From positions 1 through 33,232 of the forward strand of contig JAHFRG010000003.1 of assembly GCA_023258935.1 (NCBI GenBank): a stretch of DNA of 33,232 bases. The letters run 5' to 3'. The stretch's first letter is position 1; each line of letters opens with the position of its first letter. This document shows, one piece after another, positions 25,154 through 33,232 of this stretch. This stretch comes from Betaproteobacteria bacterium. GTDB lineage: Bacteria; Pseudomonadota; Gammaproteobacteria; Burkholderiales; JAHFRG01. Below the pieces are notes generated by a model, which worked only from the letters and a program-made list of their open reading frames with translations, was not told where the DNA came from and searched no databases. The translations under genes and the position numbers were made by a program.

Positions 25154-26227
25154 ATGTCCCGTCCGCTTCAGGTCCGCATCAACCTCTCAGCGCTGCAAAA
25201 TAATCTCGCAGTGGCAAGGCAGCACGCTCCCAATTCACGCATCATGGCGGTGATCAAAGCGAATGGCTACGGCCACGGCGTGTTGCGGGTGGCGCGGGCG
25301 CTGGCGAACGCCGACGGCTTTGCGGTCATAGAACTCAATGATGCGGTGGCGCTGCGCGAAGCGGGTTTGCAGCAGAAAATTTTGCTGCTCAACGGATTTT
25401 ACGACGTCGAGGAGCTGCCGGTAATCGCCGCACACAACCTGGCAGTGGTAATTCATGATCAAGAGCAGCTTGGGATGCTGGCGGCGGTGTCCTTGCCGAA
25501 AAAGCTCGAGGTGTTTCTGAAACTCAATACCGGCATGAACCGTCTCGGATTCCGGCCTGAAGCTGCGAACGCTGTACTCGCGCAACTTAAGAAACACAGG
25601 CTGGTGGGCGGCATTACACTGATGACCCATTTTGCTTTCGCCGATGTCAAGGAGGGGATAGCTGAGCAAATGGAGCGATTCAACAAGTTTGCCGCAGGCG
25701 TGAATCTGCCCAAAAGCCTGGCCAATTCGGCAGCACTGCTGCGCTATCCCGAATCCCACGCTGAGTGGGTGCGGCCGGGAATCATGCTTTACGGTTCGTC
25801 ACCTTATGGCGACGTGAGCGCCGGGGAATTGGGACTGCAGCCGGTCATGACGCTCGCCAGCCGGCTCATTGCCATGCATGAATTGCAACCGGGAGAGCGC
25901 GTGGGTTACACCGGTGTTTTCACTGCCGAAAAGCGGATGAAAATCGGCATTGTCGCCTGCGGCTACGCCGACGGTTACCCGCGCCACGCGCGCACCGGCA
26001 CACCGGTGAATGTCAACGGCAAAATCACTCGCACCCTCGGGCGGATTTCAATGGATACTTTATGCGTGGATTTGAGCGAAATTTCCGACGCCGCGGTCGG
26101 CACGCCGGTAATACTCTGGGGCGAAGGCAATCCGATCGAGGAAGTGGCGAGAGCCGCGGGCACGGTAGGTTACGAATTGTTCACTAAATTGAATCCACGA
26201 GTGCCCGTAATCGAAACTCATGATTAA
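25154..26227 (+). CDS. alr: alanine racemase
   Basis: PLP-lysine motif AVIKANGYGHG, overall Alr similarity, 357 aa. Confidence 0.92.
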   Translation: MSRPLQVRINLSALQNNLAVARQHAPNSRIMAVIKANGYGHGVLRVARALANADGFAVIELNDAVALREAGLQQKILLLNGFYDVEELPVIAAHNLAVVIHDQEQLGMLAAVSLPKKLEVFLKLNTGMNRLGFRPEAANAVLAQLKKHRLVGGITLMTHFAFADVKEGIAEQMERFNKFAAGVNLPKSLANSAALLRYPESHAEWVRPGIMLYGSSPYGDVSAGELGLQPVMTLASRLIAMHELQPGERVGYTGVFTAEKRMKIGIVACGYADGYPRHARTGTPVNVNGKITRTLGRISMDTLCVDLSEISDAAVGTPVILWGEGNPIEEVARAAGTVGYELFTKLNPRVPVIETHD

Positions 26228-27569
26228 ACCTAGATCAGTATATGTTTGCACCGAATGTGGAGGGCAAGCGCCGAAATGGCAGGGGCAGTGCCCGCATTGC
26301 TCGGCATGGAATACCCTTATCGAAACGGTAGTTGAAGCGGTTTCCAAAAGCCGCTTCGCTTCCACCACGCCGAGCAAGCTGCAATCCCTGGGTGAGGTTG
26401 AAGCGCAGGAGCTGCCGTACCAGCCCACCGGAATATCCGAGTTTGACCGCGTGCTGGGTGGCGGGCTGGTACAGGGAGCGGTAGTGCTATTAGGCGGCGA
26501 CCCGGGTATCGGCAAATCCACTCTGCTGCTGCAAGCGCTGTGCCATATGGGCGTGCAGCACAACGTGCTTTACGTGAGCGGCGAAGAATCGGCGCAGCAA
26601 ATCGCGCTTCGCGCGCGGCGCCTCGGGCTCGATGCCAAACCGCTGCAATTGCTGGCGGAAATCCAGCTGGAAAAAATCCTCGCCACGTTAAGCTCGCAAA
26701 AACCGGAAGTGGCGGTGATGGATTCAATTCAGACCTTATATTCGGAAGCGCTGCAATCGGCGCCGGGCTCGGTGGCGCAGGTTCGCGAATGCGCGGCGCA
26801 GCTTGCGCGCTACGCCAAGCAGAGTGGCACGGCGATTATTTTCATCGGTCATGTGACCAAGGAAGGAACATTGGCCGGCCCGCGCGTGCTGGAGCACATT
26901 GTGGACACTGTGCTGTATTTCGAAGGCGACACCCATTCCAGCTTCCGCTTGATCCGCGCGGTGAAAAACCGTTTCGGCGCGGTCAATGAGCTCGGGGTGT
27001 TTGCCATGACCGAGAAAGGATTGAAAGGTGTCAACAATCCTTCAGCGCTGTTTCTCTCGCAACATGGCCAGGAGGTAGCGGGGTCATGCGTGCTGGTGAC
27101 GCAGGAAGGCACGCGGCCACTGCTGGTGGAAATCCAGGCGCTGGTGGATGATGCGCACGCGCCGAATCCGCGGCGTCTCACCGTAGGGCTCGAGCAAAAC
27201 CGTCTGGCAATGCTGCTCGCGGTGCTGCACCGTCACGCCGGCATCGTGTGTTTCGATCAGGATGTGTTCGTCAACGCCGTGGGCGGAGTGAAAATCGCCG
27301 AGCCCGCCGCTGATTTGGCGGTTTTGCTGGCGATCGTTTCCTCGCTTAAGAACAAGCCGCTGTCACATAAGCTGGTGGTGTTCGGCGAAGTGGGATTGGC
27401 TGGCGAAATCCGGCCGGTGCAGCGCGGCCAGGAGCGTCTCAAAGAAGCGGCCAAGCTGGGTTTCAAGCAGGCGCTGATTCCAAAAGCCAATAAGCCCAAA
27501 CAGCCAATTGACGGCATTGAAGTCATCGCCGTGGAACGGGTGGAAGACGCGGTTTCCAAAATCCAATAA
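26220..27569 (+). CDS. radA: DNA repair protein RadA/Sms
   Basis: N-terminal zinc finger CTECG...CPHC, Walker A GDPGIGKST, KNRFG motif (AVKNRFGAVNELGVF), Lon-like C-domain. 8-nt overlap with the alr 3' end. Confidence 0.95.
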   Translation: MIKPRSVYVCTECGGQAPKWQGQCPHCSAWNTLIETVVEAVSKSRFASTTPSKLQSLGEVEAQELPYQPTGISEFDRVLGGGLVQGAVVLLGGDPGIGKSTLLLQALCHMGVQHNVLYVSGEESAQQIALRARRLGLDAKPLQLLAEIQLEKILATLSSQKPEVAVMDSIQTLYSEALQSAPGSVAQVRECAAQLARYAKQSGTAIIFIGHVTKEGTLAGPRVLEHIVDTVLYFEGDTHSSFRLIRAVKNRFGAVNELGVFAMTEKGLKGVNNPSALFLSQHGQEVAGSCVLVTQEGTRPLLVEIQALVDDAHAPNPRRLTVGLEQNRLAMLLAVLHRHAGIVCFDQDVFVNAVGGVKIAEPAADLAVLLAIVSSLKNKPLSHKLVVFGEVGLAGEIRPVQRGQERLKEAAKLGFKQALIPKANKPKQPIDGIEVIAVERVEDAVSKIQ

Positions 27570-27579
27570 CTAATGCCTA

Positions 27580-27607
27580 GCCCCGCTACCGTTGCTATTC
27601 GCGGGGC
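27580..27607 (+). terminator. weak hairpin downstream of radA (possible terminator)
   Basis: GCCCCGC (27580-27586) and GCGGGGC (27601-27607), 14-nt loop, no U tract after the stem. Confidence 0.2.
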
Positions 27608-27683
27608 AGGCGGGTAAATTCATTTCAAGCTGGTCCATAGGCAGTACACTGCACTTTTCGCCATTAAAGCTAGTGAGGGCAGC

Positions 27684-29324
27684 ATGACTCGAGTCAATCC
27701 CTACAACACCGACTTGGACAAAAATCCCGCTAATTACGCGCCTCTTTCGCCGCTGAGTTTTTTGGAACGGGCGGCTTATGTCTATCCCAGGCGCATCGCC
27801 ACCATCCAAGGCGACCGCAAAATCACCTGGGCTGAAACGTACACGCGTTGCCGAAGTCTGGCTTCCGCACTGGCAAAGCGCGGCATGGGCGCCGGGGATA
27901 CGGTGGCGGTGATGCTGCCCAATATTCCTGAAATGTTCGAAGCGCATTTCGGCGTGCCGATGGCCGGCGCGGTGCTGAACACGTTAAATTTCCGGATGGA
28001 TGCGGAAGCGATAGCCTTCATGCTCAAGCACGGCGAAGCGAAAGTGCTGATAACCGACCGCGAGTTTTCCGCGACCATCGCCAAAGCCCTCGCCATGCTG
28101 GATAAAAAACTGCTGGTGATTGATGTTGACGACCCGGAGTTTAAAGGCGGCGGTCTTTTGGGCGAGATGGATTATGAAGCATTCCTTAAAACCGGGGATG
28201 CGGATTTCGCTTGGTCGCTTCCCGAAGACGAATGGGATGCGATTTCGCTCAACTACACGTCCGGCACCACCGGCAACCCCAAGGGCGTGGTGTACCATCA
28301 TCGCGGTGCATATCTCAACGCGGTGAGCAATATTATAGATTGGGATATGCCACGCCATTCGGTTTATCTATGGACGCTGCCGATGTTTCACTGCAATGGC
28401 TGGTGTTTTCCCTGGACCATGGCGGCTAATGCCGGAACCAATGTGTGCCTGCGCCACTTGGATGCCAAGCTGATACTGGCTGCAATCCGCCAGCACAAAG
28501 TGACTCATTATTGCGGCGCGCCGATCGTGCACAGCATGTTGATTAACGCCCCTGCCGAGCTTAAAGCCGGCATCAATCACTCAGTCAGTGGCTTGGTCGC
28601 TGCAGCGTCGCCGCCAGCGGCGATGATCGAGGGCATGGAGCGCCTGGGCTTCAACATCACCCATGTGTATGGGCTCACTGAAACCTACGGACCGGCCTCG
28701 GTTTGTTCCAAGCATCCAGAGTGGGAACAGCTCAACATTTCCGAGCGTGTTGAGCGCAACGGCAGGCAGGGAGTGCGTTATACCATGCAGGAAGGGATGA
28801 CGGTGATGAATCCCGAAACCATGCAACCGGTGCCGTGGGACGGGCTGACCATGGGCGAAATCATGTTCCGCGGCAACATCACCATGAAAGGCTATCTCAA
28901 GAACCCGAAGGCAAGCTCCGAAGCGTTTAAAGAGGGTTGGTTTCATTCCGGAGATCTGGCTGTGATGCAGCCTGACGGCTACGTGAAAATCAAGGACCGC
29001 TCCAAAGATATTATTATTTCCGGCGGTGAAAACATCTCCTCGCTGGAAGTGGAAGACATGCTTTATCGCCACCCTGCGGTGATGGCGGCGGCGGTAGTGG
29101 CGCAGCCCGATCCGAAGTGGGGCGAGACGCCATGTGCTTTTGTGGAATTGAAGGAAGGCGCTAACGTAACTGAGAAAGAAATCATCGAGCACTGCCGCAG
29201 CAACATGGCGCGCTTCAAGGTGCCGAAGAGGGTGATATTCGGCGTGCTTCCCAAGACCTCAACGGGTAAAATACAGAAATTCGTGCTGCGCGAGCGTGCC
29301 AAGTCTGCTTCGGCTATCGAATAA
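27684..29324 (+). CDS. acyl-CoA synthetase (AMP-forming, short/medium-chain type)
   Basis: 546 aa. AMP-binding motif I YTSGTTGNPKGV, motif II YGLTETYG, C-terminal SGGENISS and K-I-Q-K. GAGGG SD upstream. Confidence 0.85.
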   Translation: MTRVNPYNTDLDKNPANYAPLSPLSFLERAAYVYPRRIATIQGDRKITWAETYTRCRSLASALAKRGMGAGDTVAVMLPNIPEMFEAHFGVPMAGAVLNTLNFRMDAEAIAFMLKHGEAKVLITDREFSATIAKALAMLDKKLLVIDVDDPEFKGGGLLGEMDYEAFLKTGDADFAWSLPEDEWDAISLNYTSGTTGNPKGVVYHHRGAYLNAVSNIIDWDMPRHSVYLWTLPMFHCNGWCFPWTMAANAGTNVCLRHLDAKLILAAIRQHKVTHYCGAPIVHSMLINAPAELKAGINHSVSGLVAAASPPAAMIEGMERLGFNITHVYGLTETYGPASVCSKHPEWEQLNISERVERNGRQGVRYTMQEGMTVMNPETMQPVPWDGLTMGEIMFRGNITMKGYLKNPKASSEAFKEGWFHSGDLAVMQPDGYVKIKDRSKDIIISGGENISSLEVEDMLYRHPAVMAAAVVAQPDPKWGETPCAFVELKEGANVTEKEIIEHCRSNMARFKVPKRVIFGVLPKTSTGKIQKFVLRERAKSASAIE

Positions 29325-29384
29325 TACATGCGGTGACAAGAACTCAACCGCAGCAGCCCGGTGCTGGAAAGAGGTTTGACCATC

Positions 29385-31865
29385 ATGACAATATGGCTCT
29401 GGATACTTGTTACCCTGGCGCTGGCCTGGGGACTGGCCTACCATCGCGTCCCCGGCTGGATATGGAGCGTGGCTACCCTCGCGCTTGCTGTCGTAACAGT
29501 CAGCGCAGCTCCCGCAGTAAGCGTATTGCTGTGGATAGCGTTTGCGTTTTCCCTTGCTCTTAATGTTCCTTCAGTGCGCTCGACGTTGATCAGCGAGCCG
29601 CTTCTTCACTGGTTCAAGAAAGTGCTGCCGCAGGTTTCGCAAACCGAGCGGGAAGCTTTGGATGCCGGCACCGTATGGTGGGACGGCGATTTGTTCAGCG
29701 GCAAGCCCGACTGGAAAAAACTCCTCGCGGTGCCCAAACCGCAGCTCACTCCAGAGGAGCAGGCTTTTCTCGATGGGCCGGTCGAGCAACTTTGTGCGAT
29801 GCTGGATGAATGGCGCATCACCCATGAGCTTTACGATTTGCCGCCCGAAGTCTGGCAGTTCATCAAGGACCAGGGATTCTTCGGCATGATCATCCCCAAG
29901 CAATACGGCGGCAAGGGTTTTTCCGCCTTGGCGCATTCCGCTGTGATAACCAAGCTTGCTTCGCGCAGCGGCACAGCGACCGTTTCGGTGATGGTGCCCA
30001 ATTCCCTGGGTCCTGCAGAACTGCTTTTGAACTATGGCACTGAGGAGCAGAAAAAACATTATCTGCCGCGCCTGGCGTGCGGGCAGGAAATTCCATGCTT
30101 TGCGCTGACCGGGCCCGAAGCCGGTTCGGATGCGGGCTCGATTCCGGATTACGGCGTCGTCTGCCGCGGCGAATTCCAGGGCGGGCAAGACGTGCTGGGA
30201 ATGCGCGTCACCTGGGAGAAACGCTACATCACCCTGGGTCCGGTGGCGACTCTGCTTGGGCTTGCATTCAAGCTTTACGACCCCGAGCGCTTGCTCGGGG
30301 GGAACGAAGAGGTCGGCATTACGCTGGCGCTGATTCCGACCCATACGCCGGGAGTCAACATCGGGCGTCGCCATTTCCCGCTCAATGCGGCTTTCCAGAA
30401 CGGGCCCAACTCCGGCAAGGACGTGTTCATTCCCATGGAATGGGTAATCGGCGGAGTGGAGCGTGTCGGCCAGGGCTGGCGCATGCTGATGAACTGCCTG
30501 GCCGCGGGACGCTCGATTTCGCTGCCGGCAAGCAGCACCGGCATGGCCAAGCTTGCCGCCCGCGCCACTGGCGCCTACTCGCGGGTGCGAATCCAGTTCA
30601 ATACCCCGATCGGCAAATTCGAAGGCGTGGAGGAAGCGCTGGCGCGCATCGGCGGTAACACATATATGATGGACGCGGCGCGCGTGATGACTGCGTGCGC
30701 GGTGGATCTCGGCGAGAAACCTTCGGTGATTTCAGCCATTGTCAAATACCACCTTACCGAGCGCGGCCGCCAGGTTATCAACGATGCGATGGATGTGCAC
30801 GGCGGCAAGGGAATTTGCATGGGCCCTGGCAATTATCTGGCGCGGGCCTATCAGCAGCTTCCCGTCGGAATTACCGTGGAAGGCGCGAATATTCTCACGC
30901 GCAGCATGATTATCTTTGGCCAGGGCGCAATCCGCTGCCATCCTTATGTGTTGCAGGAAATCGCTTCGGCAAACAATGCCGAAACAGAAAAAGCGCTGCG
31001 CGAATTCGACGCCGCCCTGTTCGGGCATATACGCTTTACTTTGAGCAATGCCGCGCGCGCGCTGTTTCTGGGATTGACCGGTGCGCGCCTCGCGGGAATT
31101 CCCGGCGCACCGGATACCGCCCGCTATTTTCGGCAACTCGCGCGCTTGAGTTCAGCGTTTGCACTGCTCGCCGATGTGGCTATGCTGGTGCTGGGCGGAG
31201 CTTTGAAACGCAAGGAAAAACTATCGGCTCGGCTCGGCGATGTGCTGAGCCTGCTTTATCTTTCTTCCGCTGTCTTGAAGCGCTATGAGGATGAAGGCCG
31301 GCAGCGTGCCGATTTGCCTTTGCTGCATTGGTCTTTGCAGGACGCGCTATGGCGCATGCAGGGCGCCATCGATGGGATACTCGAAAACTTTCCCGGTAAG
31401 GGTAAGGCGTGGCTGTTGCGCAGGATAGTGTTCCCGCTGGGCAAAACCTTCAGCCCGCCAAGCGATGAGTTGGGCCGGCAAGTGTCGAGTTTATTGCTCG
31501 CGCCTTCGGCTACGCGCGATAGGTTGACCGCCGGTATTTATGTTCCCGTCAACGAGGCCGATCCGGTGGGACGTCTCGATATCGCGCTGCAGTGCGCGCT
31601 TGTCGCTGAAGCAATCGAAGCGAAAATCCGCGACGCAGTGAAGGACCGGCGCATCAAGGGCAAAACATTCGAGGAAACCACGGCCCAGGCTGTGCAGCAA
31701 GGTATCATCAGCGCTGCCGAAATGGAGATGCTGGCGAAAGCGCGGGCACTGCGCCGTGAAGTCATCATGGTGGACGACTTTCCGCCTGATTTCGGCAAGA
31801 TCGTGCCTGCGAAAGACCTGGCTGCGCAAAGGGAAATGTTATCCTCCGGCAGGAAGACAGCGTGA
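29385..31865 (+). CDS. fadE: acyl-CoA dehydrogenase FadE (large, membrane-anchored type)
   Basis: ~826 aa: N-terminal hydrophobic segments, central acyl-CoA dehydrogenase domains (FALTGPEAGSDAGS), long C-terminal domain as in E. coli FadE. I prefer ATG 29385 (AAGAGG upstream) over the tracked GTG 29361. Confidence 0.88.
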   Translation: MTIWLWILVTLALAWGLAYHRVPGWIWSVATLALAVVTVSAAPAVSVLLWIAFAFSLALNVPSVRSTLISEPLLHWFKKVLPQVSQTEREALDAGTVWWDGDLFSGKPDWKKLLAVPKPQLTPEEQAFLDGPVEQLCAMLDEWRITHELYDLPPEVWQFIKDQGFFGMIIPKQYGGKGFSALAHSAVITKLASRSGTATVSVMVPNSLGPAELLLNYGTEEQKKHYLPRLACGQEIPCFALTGPEAGSDAGSIPDYGVVCRGEFQGGQDVLGMRVTWEKRYITLGPVATLLGLAFKLYDPERLLGGNEEVGITLALIPTHTPGVNIGRRHFPLNAAFQNGPNSGKDVFIPMEWVIGGVERVGQGWRMLMNCLAAGRSISLPASSTGMAKLAARATGAYSRVRIQFNTPIGKFEGVEEALARIGGNTYMMDAARVMTACAVDLGEKPSVISAIVKYHLTERGRQVINDAMDVHGGKGICMGPGNYLARAYQQLPVGITVEGANILTRSMIIFGQGAIRCHPYVLQEIASANNAETEKALREFDAALFGHIRFTLSNAARALFLGLTGARLAGIPGAPDTARYFRQLARLSSAFALLADVAMLVLGGALKRKEKLSARLGDVLSLLYLSSAVLKRYEDEGRQRADLPLLHWSLQDALWRMQGAIDGILENFPGKGKAWLLRRIVFPLGKTFSPPSDELGRQVSSLLLAPSATRDRLTAGIYVPVNEADPVGRLDIALQCALVAEAIEAKIRDAVKDRRIKGKTFEETTAQAVQQGIISAAEMEMLAKARALRREVIMVDDFPPDFGKIVPAKDLAAQREMLSSGRKTA

Positions 31866-31922
31866 TGCAGGTGGTCCAACCAAGCTCGTCGCGGCATTGG
31901 TTGAAAAGCGCGCAAACCTGTT

Positions 31923-32741
31923 GTGTCGCTCGAAGGTAAAACCATATTCATCACCGGCGCCTCGCGCGGCATCGGCCGCGCAATTGCGCTGCGCTGCGCG
32001 CGGGACGGGGCGAAAATAGTGATAACCGGCAAGACCGTCACGCCTCATGTCGAGCTTTCCGGCACCATTCACAGCGTGGCGGATGAAGTGCGGGCGGCGG
32101 GCGGCAAGGCGCTGCCGTTACAGCTCGATGTGCGTGATGAAGCCGCAGTTTACGCGGTAGCTGCCACTGCGGCGGAAACTTTTGGCGGGATTGATATCCT
32201 GGTGAACAACGCCAGCGCCATCAGTCTCACCGATACGCTCAACACGCCGATGAAGCGCTTTGATCTCATGTTTTCAATAAACGTGCGTGGCACTTTTTTA
32301 AGCTCTCAGGCGTGCATCCCTTATCTCCGGCGCGCCGCAAATCCGCATATACTCAATCTGGCGCCGCCGCTCAATTTGCACGCCAAATGGTTCAAGGATC
32401 ATCTCGCCTACACTATGTCCAAATATGGCATGAGCCTGTGCACCCTGGGCATGTCCGAGGAATTGGCGGTCCACGGCATTGCGGTCAATTCGCTATGGCC
32501 GCGCACTGCTATTGCCACGGCAGCGGTTGAAGTGCATTTCCCGCGCGAAGTTTTCCATGCGAGCCGCAAGCCGCAAATCGTTGCGGATGCGGCTTATGTG
32601 ATTTTCAACAGCGACAGCCACAGCACGACCGGCAATTATTTTATTGATGAGGATGTTTTGCGCGGCGCGGGCGTGACCGATTTTTCAGCATATGCGGTGA
32701 CACCGGGCGCGAAGCTCGCGGCCGACTTGTTTGTTGATTAA
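31923..32741 (+). CDS. SDR-family oxidoreductase, HSDL2-like
   Basis: TGASRGIG cofactor motif and YTMSK catalytic YxxxK. By eye the whole length aligns with the SDR domain of human HSDL2 as I recall it (ILVNNASAISLT, PPLNL, WPRTAI, ADAAY). The GTG start is the first start codon after an in-frame TGA at 31902. Confidence 0.8.
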   Translation: MSLEGKTIFITGASRGIGRAIALRCARDGAKIVITGKTVTPHVELSGTIHSVADEVRAAGGKALPLQLDVRDEAAVYAVAATAAETFGGIDILVNNASAISLTDTLNTPMKRFDLMFSINVRGTFLSSQACIPYLRRAANPHILNLAPPLNLHAKWFKDHLAYTMSKYGMSLCTLGMSEELAVHGIAVNSLWPRTAIATAAVEVHFPREVFHASRKPQIVADAAYVIFNSDSHSTTGNYFIDEDVLRGAGVTDFSAYAVTPGAKLAADLFVD

Positions 32742-32747
32742 AATGCC

Positions 32748-33232
32748 ATGCACAAATATTTTGTAAATAACTCGGGTCAAAATTTGCAGGAGACGGATAT
32801 CATTCCAGTTGCAACCGCGGGTACTATAAGCGGGCTTTTTCGCGAGCGCGTCAGGCGCACGCCGGATGCTGTTGCCTACCGCGAGTTCAATCAGCAGCAC
32901 GGCAATTGGCGCGATTACACGTGGGCGCAGATGCAGCACCAGGTGGTGCGCTGGCAGGCGGCGTTGAAAAGCGAGGCACTGATGCCTGGCGACAGAGTGG
33001 CCATAATGCTGCGCAACGGTCCGGCCTGGGTCATTATGGATCAGGCGGCTATGGGTTTGGGGCTGGTAGTGGTGCCGCTTTATTTCGAGGACCGCCCGGC
33101 CAGTGTGGCCTATATCCTGAAGGATGCAGGGGTCAAATTGCTGCTTTTGGAGCATTGGGAGCAATGGAAGCAGCTTGAAGCGGCGAAAGACGAATGGGAC
33201 GGCTGCGGCCTGCAAAGCATTCTGGCGCTGAA
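32748..33232 (+). CDS. AMP-dependent acyl-CoA synthetase/ligase (long-chain type), N-terminal fragment; 3' end lies outside the window
   Basis: Frame from ATG 32748: MHKYFVNNSGQNLQETDIIPVATAGTISGLFRERVRRTPDAVAYREF...WRDYTWAQMQ...GDRVAIMLRNGPAWVIMDQAAMGLGLVVVPLY, a typical N-terminus of FadD-like ligases. It is open to the window end and not in the ORF track (no stop). The tracked minus-strand ORF 32685..33215 is its shadow. Confidence 0.75.
   Translation, partial: MHKYFVNNSGQNLQETDIIPVATAGTISGLFRERVRRTPDAVAYREFNQQHGNWRDYTWAQMQHQVVRWQAALKSEALMPGDRVAIMLRNGPAWVIMDQAAMGLGLVVVPLYFEDRPASVAYILKDAGVKLLLLEHWEQWKQLEAAKDEWDGCGLQSILAL

Noticed and set aside
25150-25155. Perfect TATAAT hexamer immediately before or overlapping the alr start codon
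   Set aside because: It overlaps the ATG (25154), so transcription from it would start inside the gene. No -35 lies at a usable distance (TTGAAT is 33 bp away). It is probably coincidental.
28581-30374. 203-aa and 267-aa minus-strand ORFs (28581..29192 and 29571..30374) opposite the acyl-CoA synthetase and fadE
   Set aside because: Shadow ORFs: Arg/His/Gly-rich, no motifs, and entirely inside strongly supported plus-strand genes.
32685-33215. 176-aa minus-strand ORF at the right edge
   Set aside because: The plus strand here encodes a clean AMP-binding ligase N-terminus that is open to the window end. The minus-strand ORF is its antisense shadow.
1-33232. Window-wide search for CRISPR arrays, tRNA/rRNA genes, IS elements, integrases, long direct or inverted repeats, and defence or toxin-antitoxin hallmarks
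   Set aside because: I found no spaced repeat arrays, no cloverleaf-like or GTTCGAATC-type tRNA signatures in the intergenic gaps, and no transposase, integrase, nuclease or reverse-transcriptase-like translations. Every gap longer than 100 bp was read on both strands. Absence judged by eye is not proof; tRNAscan, Infernal and PADLOC/DefenseFinder runs would settle it.

Overview
This is a dense (~90% coding), mostly housekeeping chromosomal segment. Gene content and order (tsaB-rimI-udg, ispD-ispF, alr-radA, mfd, lplT) suggest the core genome of a Gram-negative, probably beta/gamma-proteobacterial organism; that is inference only.

Left to right:
- The tail of an A-type Fe-S carrier, then a SufU-type SUF operon (sufBCDSU + nfu + Rieske ferredoxin) preceded by two IscR-type-1-like operators.
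- mgtC, then a promoter plus hairpin/terminator-like leader in front of a cation:proton antiporter-usp pair.
- On the minus strand: serB, a DUF1161-like secreted protein, a 54-aa Cys-rich ORF absent from the ORF track, and mfd.
- An orphan PRTase, ispDF, thpR, then a ~300-nt leader and the P-type Mg2+ ATPase mgtA (visibly lower GC).
- tsaB-rimI-udg, a lemA-TPM-TPM envelope module, lplT (minus strand), and alr-radA.
- An acyl-CoA synthetase / fadE / HSDL2-like SDR / acyl-CoA synthetase cluster.

I found no rRNA, tRNA, CRISPR array, transposase/integrase, or recognisable defence or toxin genes, and I do not see a convincing novel multi-gene system. The best candidates for undescribed biology are the two cis-regulatory leaders (7.19-7.42 kb and 16.8-17.15 kb), the small Cys-rich ORF at 10.52-10.68 kb, and the poorly understood lemA-TPM-TPM module. 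All homology calls come from reading the translations by eye, not from database searches.
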